A DNA stretch of 64,000 bases from Candidatus Babeliales bacterium (GTDB lineage: Bacteria > Babelota > Babeliae > Babelales > JANWKD01), in assembly GCA_963722075.1 (NCBI GenBank), contig CAVRJM010000001.1, positions 288,001 to 352,000 of the forward strand, in the 5' to 3' direction. Below, in pieces: positions 20,111 to 28,502 of this stretch. How positions within the stretch are numbered: position 1 is the stretch's first letter; the number at the start of each line of letters is the position of its first letter. The position numbers were made by a program, and so were the translations under genes. Below the pieces are notes generated by a model. That model made no database searches and was not told the origin of the DNA. It saw only the letters and a list, made by a program, of their open reading frames with translations.

Positions 20111-22160
20111 ACTATTATTAGTAATTCCACTTATAATTCTTTCTTTAAAGGGGATGCAAGAATCTGATATAAGTCTATATTCCTATTTAAATGTTCAAAA
20201 TAATGCAACTAGAGAAGAAATAAAAAAAGCATATAAAGATTGTTCTCTTATTTATCATCCAGATAAATATGAACAAAGCTCTATACGCAATCGTATGTCA
20301 AAGCAAGAAGCTGAAGAGCATTTCAAAAAAATTAAAGAAGTATATGAAATTTTAAGTAATAATAAAACACGAAAGATGTATGATGATTTTGGTTTAAAAT
20401 ACGTCCGAAGTTATATTGCTCAGGAAGAAAAGAACCGGCGTGCTGCTGAAGAACCCATGGCCCAGCAACAATCTACCCAAACAGCGTTCACCGCAAAAAG
20501 GTCATCACAAACTCCTAAACAAGACGAAGCCAAGTCAAAATCGGAAGAAGATATAAAGAATGTTCTTGAAGATCTTGAGGCGGGAACTAAGATCATTAAT
20601 AACTTAATTACTGAATTTTATACCTATAGTTTCAGGTTATCAGAATTAGAAGGATATTATAACGAAAAAATTCAAGAATGTATTTCATTATTAAAAATGC
20701 CCAAATACTCAATTATTAGAGACGATATTAAGAAAACAATAATAGATGTATCACAATTATTCATTGGTGTATTACTATTAAAAATGAAAGAAGATCAAAA
20801 TTTGGCTCGTAATGTACTACTCCATGCAGAAGAAATTATGCAGTCTTTATACTTAGGAGTAAATGATTACAGGTTTTTTGCAGATGCTGTAACGCGCGCC
20901 CGAGAAAAATTGGCACCCAGATCGCAACCATATACTCAACAACATACTGCTTTTCAAACAAAACGACCGTCACCACAGGGTCCTAAACAAGCTGATCCTA
21001 AGCGCGTAAAAACAACTGAACCTACTGTTGATTCGAAGTTTAAACAAAGAATCGAATTTATAATTGAAGAACATAAACGTTTTAGCGATTATTTAGCGCA
21101 AGCAAGTTTTTTGAAAGAAAACGTTTTAACCTATCAAGAATTTTCCAATATGGTACAGAAAAAAATTGATTTTATTAAACCATATATAACAGGAATTCCA
21201 GAAAATTTAATTTTAGGATATAAGTTGCGTAATAGCATGTTGAGACATATTTTCCAGGCCATTTTATTATTAAAAGAAAGATACACTGAATTTAAAGAAG
21301 TTGATTGGATCATGGCCTGTGGATGGGGTAAAAATTTATGTAGTTCAGCGTTTTTTATTTATTCAATTTCAGATGATGAAGACAAAGCGGTTGTTAAGGA
21401 GCTTTCTTTGTTAAATTCTTATTTTGATAAAGAGATATTGCATTCAAAAATTAGGAATATAGATTATCACCTTCGTTCAAAAAGCTCGAATATAATTGAA
21501 GATGCGCGATTTGTACTTCACGATTATGAAAACAAAATAATTTCAGCAGATCCTATAATGCAAGATAAAGCCGCAAAGCATTTTTATAAATTTGCCAAGA
21601 AGTTATTAAAGCAATCAGAACGAGCTCTAGCAGTTGAGTTGTTAAATAGGGCACTATACTTGAGATGGTCAAATATAGATGGTATTTACCAAACAATTGA
21701 GAAAATAAAAAATCTACTTACAAAGCTAAATTATTATTCGATTATTGTAACGAATTTTTGTCAAAGTAATAGAAAAAAATTGGAAGAAAATTCGCCAGAT
21801 GCAGCGCTTGCTGTTCAACAAAATATTATTAATAATAATGATCGATTGAAAAATTCGCTTTCATGCTGTGTTATTCATCGATTTCAGAATTTCATATATA
21901 GTACTTTTACAACCACAAACCCTGATTTACTGAACCTTTATTATGATTGTATTCAGTTGTTAATTAATTCTCATTTTTTAAATGAAGCTTTAGAGCTCAT
22001 TAATATCGTAATTTGTCAATACGATCTGGATAAAGAAACACAGGATCGCTTTAAAGAACAATTTGATTTAATTAATCAAATGCAAGAATTAGATAAACAA
22101 CTTGAAAGTCAGCCACCAATGGATTTCAATGATATTAAAGATTTTTTAAGTAAAGAATAA
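20100..22160 (+). CDS. Secreted J-domain protein (intact HPD) with bipartite NLS (array member 3)
   Basis: LYSYLNV...EIKKAYK...YHPDKY...YEILS...RKMYDDFG; KRPSPQGPKQADPKRVK. Confidence 0.85.
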   Translation: MKIKLLLVIPLIILSLKGMQESDISLYSYLNVQNNATREEIKKAYKDCSLIYHPDKYEQSSIRNRMSKQEAEEHFKKIKEVYEILSNNKTRKMYDDFGLKYVRSYIAQEEKNRRAAEEPMAQQQSTQTAFTAKRSSQTPKQDEAKSKSEEDIKNVLEDLEAGTKIINNLITEFYTYSFRLSELEGYYNEKIQECISLLKMPKYSIIRDDIKKTIIDVSQLFIGVLLLKMKEDQNLARNVLLHAEEIMQSLYLGVNDYRFFADAVTRAREKLAPRSQPYTQQHTAFQTKRPSPQGPKQADPKRVKTTEPTVDSKFKQRIEFIIEEHKRFSDYLAQASFLKENVLTYQEFSNMVQKKIDFIKPYITGIPENLILGYKLRNSMLRHIFQAILLLKERYTEFKEVDWIMACGWGKNLCSSAFFIYSISDDEDKAVVKELSLLNSYFDKEILHSKIRNIDYHLRSKSSNIIEDARFVLHDYENKIISADPIMQDKAAKHFYKFAKKLLKQSERALAVELLNRALYLRWSNIDGIYQTIEKIKNLLTKLNYYSIIVTNFCQSNRKKLEENSPDAALAVQQNIINNNDRLKNSLSCCVIHRFQNFIYSTFTTTNPDLLNLYYDCIQLLINSHFLNEALELINIVICQYDLDKETQDRFKEQFDLINQMQELDKQLESQPPMDFNDIKDFLSKE

Positions 22161-22189
22161 AAAGATTTTCTGATAATGGAGAAACATAG

Positions 22190-23845
22190 ATGCGAAGGTT
22201 ATTTATTCTCGTATTACTGCACATTACCTGTTATGCCATGGAAGATCCTTTTCATAATTATACATTAGAAGAGCAATCCAAAAAAGAATTAATTATTACC
22301 ATGGAAATGTATGCTAATAATTTAAAGCATTATATTTCCCTTTATTATGATAATCAGCTCAGTTGTACACAACTTGAAGATTATTATAAGTCGCTACACG
22401 AATGGTTATATAAACAAGGTGAGTTATGCAGAGGTACGCAAATTGCGCCTATTTGTGCAGAGGAAATAATCAAAAATGGTTTTAGCATCATTAAGCTATT
22501 TGCATCACATAAAGAAGCGGAAATGCTTGAAAAAGCGGTTTACTATATTGATTCTCTAGTAAAATATATACGCCAAGGAGATTTGCGATTACATGAATTG
22601 GATCAATTAAAAAACAAGCTCAGTCAAAAATTAAAGGCATCAGTTCAAAAAGGATTGTTAAAAAGAAAAGCTACGCAAAGTCCTTGCTTATCTGTTAAAA
22701 AAAATAAAGTTGATGATGTAAATTTTTTGAAGGAAAAAAATGCTGCATTAAAGAATTACTTAAAAAGAACCTCTTATAATTTGAATGAATTTTGTAGTAC
22801 GGTTACCATATCATTAGATACTATTATCGATTTATTTGATGATCTTCCTGAGCAAAAAGAAAAAGAAGAAAAGGGTTTAAGAGCACAAATACTCGCTAGT
22901 ATTTGTAGAGCAATTTCTTTATTTGAATATCAATTAGAAAAATTTACTCATTATAATAGTAAAACTGCATTTCAATGCATTATTTATATATGTCAACGTG
23001 GATTACCATTTAACTCGATATGGACGCAACTGCAAGAAACGCAAGAAATTTATAAATATAAATTACAATGTATTGAAATAAAAGAACAACAAAGAAAAAA
23101 AGTAGAAGATCTAATAGATGCAATGGGCCAACAATTTCCAATCAGCAAAACGAGCCCGGATCTTAAGAATATTGCAGATGTTTTAATGGCGGAGTGCGGA
23201 AATAATGATGATCTTTCCTTGGATTATCAACAAAAAGCTCTAAAGCATTTTTATAAAGTAACAAAAAAGTTATTCCAACAAAATGATATTGAACGATTTA
23301 CAACGCTGATTAATTGTGTTCTTTCTCAGGCATGGATGGAGGATCTTCATATCATTGATCGTTTTACAAAGATTTGTGATTTAAAAAATAAAAATGACGA
23401 AGCATATCAATGGGTACTAAAATTCAATGCAATTATAAAAGAACATTTTAAGAATGCGCAGGATATTGAATCTTTAAAAAATGCTTTAAACACATTACTT
23501 AATTATCAATCAGATGCTTTTCAGGTAATCAGTCGAATTTCTACCATGATTATCGTTCCTGAAGTGCTTAATGGAAGTGTTACCATAGGCATTAAAGAGG
23601 ATGATCAGCAAAAAAATGATGCAAAATCAATGATTCTTAATCTCTATTATGATGGGGTACAAAAATTAATGGAAGCAGGCTTGTTTGAAGAGGCCGGAAT
23701 TCTTATTAATAGTATAGCAGCTCAGGGTGATGAACTAAAAATAAATGAATTAAGAAACCAACTTGGTGATTGTATTATGGCATCATATGAAGCTACGCTT
23801 TATTTAAATTTACCTGATGATGATGCCGATACTATTATTTTGTAA
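22190..23845 (+). CDS. Secreted paralog lacking the J-domain, with bipartite NLS (array member 4)
   Basis: Shares QKALKHFYK and LNLYYD with members 1-3; KRKATQSPCLSVKKNK. Confidence 0.75.
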   Translation: MRRLFILVLLHITCYAMEDPFHNYTLEEQSKKELIITMEMYANNLKHYISLYYDNQLSCTQLEDYYKSLHEWLYKQGELCRGTQIAPICAEEIIKNGFSIIKLFASHKEAEMLEKAVYYIDSLVKYIRQGDLRLHELDQLKNKLSQKLKASVQKGLLKRKATQSPCLSVKKNKVDDVNFLKEKNAALKNYLKRTSYNLNEFCSTVTISLDTIIDLFDDLPEQKEKEEKGLRAQILASICRAISLFEYQLEKFTHYNSKTAFQCIIYICQRGLPFNSIWTQLQETQEIYKYKLQCIEIKEQQRKKVEDLIDAMGQQFPISKTSPDLKNIADVLMAECGNNDDLSLDYQQKALKHFYKVTKKLFQQNDIERFTTLINCVLSQAWMEDLHIIDRFTKICDLKNKNDEAYQWVLKFNAIIKEHFKNAQDIESLKNALNTLLNYQSDAFQVISRISTMIIVPEVLNGSVTIGIKEDDQQKNDAKSMILNLYYDGVQKLMEAGLFEEAGILINSIAAQGDELKINELRNQLGDCIMASYEATLYLNLPDDDADTIIL

Positions 23846-24464
23846 ATAGCACATTTCCCCATGCAGAACCATCAAACGCTTCAAGCGCGACATGAAACCC
23901 TTGGGTATTAAGCCATTCTTTAACTTCACCATATAATGGTGCATTTTTGTATCGTTGTACCAAATTAATTTCAATGTATAGTGCTGTGGTCTTTCTAATG
24001 AGATCAATGCCGCCCTGTAATGCACTAAGCTCGCCGCCTTGCATATCCAGCCATAAAAAATCTATTTTATCAATTTTGTAACGTTGTGCCCATTGATCGA
24101 GCGTAATAGTAGTTACTTCAATGGGGGTGAAAACTATTTCAGGAGAAAGAAGATCTGTAGGTTCCAGTAAGGAGCTTGTTGCGGTCGATCTGCCGCTGCT
24201 CATGAAAAAATTACGTATACCTGATGTATTGGAAAGGGCTAATTGATAACAATAAATATTGGAATAAGATGCTGATTTTGTCGCTAATTGTGTAAAAAGG
24301 GCTGGGACTGGTTCAAAGGCATGAATAGTGCTTGTGGGCCATATCTGCACCATTTTTATGGAATCACGGCCTATATGAGCACCTGCTTCAACAATGATGG
24401 GATTGGCAGGCATATAGCGGGCGAGTATATTTTTGGGAATATTTTTAGTATTCATATTATTCAT
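23835..24464 (-). CDS. FkbM-family SAM-dependent methyltransferase
   Basis: EAGAHIG, AFEP, ITLD, IDFLWLDMQGGE. Confidence 0.9.
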   Translation of the reverse strand: MNNMNTKNIPKNILARYMPANPIIVEAGAHIGRDSIKMVQIWPTSTIHAFEPVPALFTQLATKSASYSNIYCYQLALSNTSGIRNFFMSSGRSTATSSLLEPTDLLSPEIVFTPIEVTTITLDQWAQRYKIDKIDFLWLDMQGGELSALQGGIDLIRKTTALYIEINLVQRYKNAPLYGEVKEWLNTQGFHVALEAFDGSAWGNVLFTK

Positions 24465-24524
24465 TGACTTTACTAATGGCCGTTACTATCGTAGATACTA
24501 AAAGTAAAAAAGTAGAAGGATACA

Positions 24525-25397
24525 ATGAAAAAGACCCTCACAATAGCTATTTTTATAATTTATTTACAGTTTATCGCATATGGTAATGCCTGGCAATTGC
24601 GGCTTATTCCCCTTACCAAAGATACTATGACAGGGGAGTGGAGTGCTTTATTATGTCATGATCTTCGTTATGGCTGTATGGAATTAAGTAAGCCAATGGT
24701 ATTGGAGGCTGTAAACAGTTCCGAAATTAGTACTTTTTTTTCTGTTGCTACCAATGGATCATATGCCTATAGCGCGCAAGATTTAGAAAAAAAATGCTGC
24801 TCTTTTCGTTTATCTAATGGAGATCTTATTTGCTATATTCCAGTACCGTATATTTCAGCAGGATTAATTAATAAAAAGGCACATGAATCATCTGATCTAA
24901 CTGTTACTAAAAATAATTTTGTCTGGTTGCCTATACATGAGATATTACAGCGGCGCACTATAGTAAAATCGGCTCATGGTCGATCGATAGCATATATGTT
25001 GGAATTGGATATAAAAAAATATTTTAAAGAACATTGGTATACTACCGTATTACCAAAAATGGCTACCGCTCCTATGGCGCCTTTAAAAGATCAACCTATG
25101 AATCTAGCTGCTAAAAATGTTCAAAGACGTTATGAAGTGAGTAAAAAAATGAGTAGCACCAACAGTGTGCCGCACAAAAAACCGGTAGCTTCACCGGTTA
25201 AGGAACCAAAGCAACCACAGCAAAAATCTCAAGTAGCTATCAAAAAAAATATTCCAACTCAAAAAAAGAATCAGTTAGTTATGATCAAAGGGAAAGTCCC
25301 TAATGAAAAACGCGAATTAGTTATGATTAAAGGAGAAATTCCTCCAAATGAAAAAAAGAATCAAATAATTATGATTAAGGGGAACGTTTCTACATAA
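24525..25397 (+). CDS. Secreted Nudix-like (degenerate) protein with C-terminal repeats (array member 1)
   Basis: AWQLRLIPL...W..LLCHD start shared with paralogs; three MIKG repeats at the C-terminus. Confidence 0.6.
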   Translation: MKKTLTIAIFIIYLQFIAYGNAWQLRLIPLTKDTMTGEWSALLCHDLRYGCMELSKPMVLEAVNSSEISTFFSVATNGSYAYSAQDLEKKCCSFRLSNGDLICYIPVPYISAGLINKKAHESSDLTVTKNNFVWLPIHEILQRRTIVKSAHGRSIAYMLELDIKKYFKEHWYTTVLPKMATAPMAPLKDQPMNLAAKNVQRRYEVSKKMSSTNSVPHKKPVASPVKEPKQPQQKSQVAIKKNIPTQKKNQLVMIKGKVPNEKRELVMIKGEIPPNEKKNQIIMIKGNVST

Positions 25398-25430
25398 GTC
25401 GGCATTACCATATAAAAAAAAGGAAGTATT

Positions 25431-26687
25431 GTGAAAAAAATGACATATCAGTTATTGCTGTTTGTTATGGTGTGGTTTCCTCTTACTTATAGTTGGCAAG
25501 GACATGTAATACCTATTGCTTTTGATAATGGTCTATGGAAAATTTTATTAGTGCATGATAGAAATGTGCTTCTTTGGAGTGATTTCAGAAAGGATGGTAC
25601 TGGCTCTCGTAAAAAAGGAAATGTAATTGCGGCTCAAGCATTAGCAGTGCAAACCAATAATATGTATCATGTTAACCCGGCAGATTTAAAATATTTTCCG
25701 ATAATAGAAGAAAAGCGTGGACGGGTTTATTTTGTTAAAGTTCCATTTATCAGAGGTAAAGAACTTTATGAAAATGCCCGCACAGCGGCTAAAGATGATT
25801 TTGCATGGGTGGCTATAGCAGATATTGTTGCTGGTAAGTTACTACAAACACCGCGCGGTAAGCCAATACAAGTAGGTAAAACAACTAAAGAAATTTTACA
25901 ATTTATCAAAAATTATTATGAAGCTATATTAGCAGCATTAACGGAGCCAATTGAAGCAATGCCTTCTGCTAAAAATTGCTGGCTTAATATTCCCGGTGCT
26001 ATTTATTTTTATGAAAGTGGTAAACCGTATTTTGAGTTTACTAATTTTGCGCGCTATCCAGTAGTACTTGATGGTGAGCAGTGGCCTACCACTGAACATT
26101 ATTATCAAGCTCAAAAATTTATTCATCATCCGGATTTGCAAAACAAAATAAGAAACTTAAAAACGCCACGAGAAGCATTAGATTTTGCACGTAGGCATAA
26201 AAATGAAATTGACCCCGATTGGCATGATCGCAGTATTTCTGTAATGCTAACCGCAGTACGTGCTAAATTTAATCAACATGCTACGTTACAGAAACTATTA
26301 GTAGATACGGGGAACGTTACTATAGTAGAAAATGCCGGCCAACATGATAATTTTTATGGTGCCGGTGCTGATGGCAAAGGAAGAAATGTATTGGGTCAGA
26401 TATTGATGCGCGTGCGTGCTGAATTACAAGGTGTTGTTGATCCAGGAGATGATTTTATATGTTACCCAAATGCAGCAGATTATTTTGCTGGTAGTAATGG
26501 TGAGGTATGTACTGCGGGTATTGTAACGAGGCCGCAAACAGAGCAGCGGATGCAGCCTCAAGAAAGTGAACTTGAAAAAAAATTAACAACTCTTAAATCG
26601 GCACTCAATAATCTGCTAGCTTTATTAACAGGATCTAGTTCATCAAGTCGTGGGCATTATTCATTATGGCGAGTTACTAGAAGTTAA
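25431..26687 (+). CDS. Secreted Nudix-like + NADAR (YbiA-family) fusion protein (array member 2)
   Basis: NADAR motifs FTNF, WPTTEHYYQAQKF, AKFNQH, LVDTG..IVE, DNFYG, GRNVLGQILMRVR; N-terminal WSDF Nudix-like module. Confidence 0.85.
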   Translation: MKKMTYQLLLFVMVWFPLTYSWQGHVIPIAFDNGLWKILLVHDRNVLLWSDFRKDGTGSRKKGNVIAAQALAVQTNNMYHVNPADLKYFPIIEEKRGRVYFVKVPFIRGKELYENARTAAKDDFAWVAIADIVAGKLLQTPRGKPIQVGKTTKEILQFIKNYYEAILAALTEPIEAMPSAKNCWLNIPGAIYFYESGKPYFEFTNFARYPVVLDGEQWPTTEHYYQAQKFIHHPDLQNKIRNLKTPREALDFARRHKNEIDPDWHDRSISVMLTAVRAKFNQHATLQKLLVDTGNVTIVENAGQHDNFYGAGADGKGRNVLGQILMRVRAELQGVVDPGDDFICYPNAADYFAGSNGEVCTAGIVTRPQTEQRMQPQESELEKKLTTLKSALNNLLALLTGSSSSSRGHYSLWRVTRS

Positions 26688-26698
26688 AAGGATATCGT

Positions 26699-27556
26699 AT
26701 GAATAGTAAATTATTAATAATATGTTCATTGCTCATTAATTGTTCAATGCACGCGGCAATGATACGCGTTTTACCGGTGACGCTGTTTCAAGGGGAATGG
26801 TATGGACTATTTGCTCATGAATCAAAAGAGCCTGATTTAAATAAAGGATGGACCGACTTTAAGGGATTAAAAGATGATACTCGCAACAATGAAGAACAGG
26901 CCATTGATATTGTTAATAAGCAAACGAATTATACTTTGGCCATAACGCAAGAATATTTTCAGAAATGGGTTGTTGGCGTGGAGCTAGAAAAAAGTTTGTT
27001 ATATGTGATTAAATTCCAGCTGCCAAAAGATTATACATTAGACAAAATACAAGAAACATTAATTCTACTTACACCTAAACAATTCCAATATGATCTATAT
27101 GCATTTATCCCTATTAACAAAATTATTAACAATAAAAAAATATCCCTCTCACTACGAAGAAAAGAAGATATTATTGCTGGAAGAGAAATTGCCTTAATGA
27201 TTAATAATGCACAAATTAATGACGATATCAAAAATATTTTGCAACTTAATTGGTCCAAAATACGTCCAGAGATTATAAAATTAGATTGGAAAAATAAAGG
27301 AATTAGTAGTGAACTCCCCATTGAGGCTAAAAAACCAACCAGCACAAAACCAATGGTGAAAAGCCCAATAGAACGAGAATTGATGAGACTTAAATCAAGC
27401 TTAAATGATTTATATAATGCATTACCCACGCTATCCTATCCTGAGTATGAACCAGAAATATATAAGAAAAAAGAAATGAAAGAACTGGAAGAGCCTGAAG
27501 AAGAAGAAAGCAGAGGTTGGCTCAGTTTGTTCCAGTGGGCTGGGCAATTTCAATAA
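26699..27556 (+). CDS. Secreted Nudix-like (degenerate) protein (array member 3)
   Basis: VLPVT...WYGLFAHE...GWTDFKG; acidic C-terminal tail. Confidence 0.65.
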   Translation: MNSKLLIICSLLINCSMHAAMIRVLPVTLFQGEWYGLFAHESKEPDLNKGWTDFKGLKDDTRNNEEQAIDIVNKQTNYTLAITQEYFQKWVVGVELEKSLLYVIKFQLPKDYTLDKIQETLILLTPKQFQYDLYAFIPINKIINNKKISLSLRRKEDIIAGREIALMINNAQINDDIKNILQLNWSKIRPEIIKLDWKNKGISSELPIEAKKPTSTKPMVKSPIERELMRLKSSLNDLYNALPTLSYPEYEPEIYKKKEMKELEEPEEEESRGWLSLFQWAGQFQ

Positions 27557-27568
27557 AAAAGGATACTA

Positions 27569-28318
27569 ATGAAGAAGCAAATACTGGTATTTTTAACATT
27601 AATTTTTTTTAGCCATCATATGAATGCATGGCAGGTACGCTTATTGCCGGTTACGTATTATGAAGGCGTATGGTATGGATTATTTGGCCATGAAAAGGGA
27701 AGTGCTGATTGGCAAACAGGGTGGACGGATTTTTACGCGCACGGTTTGTTGTGGCAGGATGCGGTAAAGCTTATTATTGGCGAATATAATAAACAAACGC
27801 TTGATTTAACCAATATGACCAAAGAGTATTTAGAGAAATGGGGAGTACCCATCAAATTGAAGTCAGATGTAATGTATTTTGTATATTTTCAATTGGCAAC
27901 ATTACCTGAAAATTTTCAAAATAATCTAACGCAAGCGCTTTATGAAGGTGGAAATATAATTAACGCAGCTGCCCTTATACCAATTGATAATATTATTAAT
28001 AATGAACCTATCAAGATTGAAGATCTTGTATTGAAGGGGGTAGGCCGAGAAATAAGTATGATTACTCTTGATAATATTCAAGTTAATGATGATATAAAAG
28101 AAATTTTACAAAATAATTGGCAACAAGCGCATAAAGAACTTCGTAAAAAACTTTATGAAATAGCTGTCGGAGAACCCGGTTTGGCTATTCCTGAAGAACC
28201 TAGACGCGCTCATGTAGTAAGAAGAAAATTAGGTACTGAACAGAAAACATTGCCATTTACGGCGCTATTAGATTCTTTGCGTACGAAATTACAATCTTTG
28301 CGGCAAGCATTACGTTAA
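27569..28318 (+). CDS. Secreted Nudix-like (degenerate) protein (array member 4)
   Basis: LLPVT...WYGLFGHE...GWTDF; close paralog of member 3 (GREI, NDDIK.IL..NW). Confidence 0.65.
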   Translation: MKKQILVFLTLIFFSHHMNAWQVRLLPVTYYEGVWYGLFGHEKGSADWQTGWTDFYAHGLLWQDAVKLIIGEYNKQTLDLTNMTKEYLEKWGVPIKLKSDVMYFVYFQLATLPENFQNNLTQALYEGGNIINAAALIPIDNIINNEPIKIEDLVLKGVGREISMITLDNIQVNDDIKEILQNNWQQAHKELRKKLYEIAVGEPGLAIPEEPRRAHVVRRKLGTEQKTLPFTALLDSLRTKLQSLRQALR

Positions 28319-28328
28319 ATATAGAAAA

Positions 28329-28490
28329 TGTCATCATGAGGAACTTGCGTCCGACTTCGCCAAGGCTACGACGGATTTCTTAATAGCAAGTGCGTGTCCG
28401 GCGGAGTTTTAACGGAGACGGAACGTAATGATCCAGTGAATAAAATTAAAACATTATAACTGGATTCTTACGCTAACGCTCAGAATGAGA
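28329..28490. repeat. REP/RPE-like element carrying a nested second repeat
   Basis: Reverse copy of the 12018 element with an insert at 28345-28419 flanked by GGAAC direct repeats. Confidence 0.8.
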
Positions 28491-28502
28491 GGCGTTAGCG
28501 CA

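Noticed and set aside
25431..26687. NADAR as the antitoxin of a DarT1-NADAR system
   Set aside because: No ADP-ribosyltransferase neighbour, and the protein has a signal peptide.
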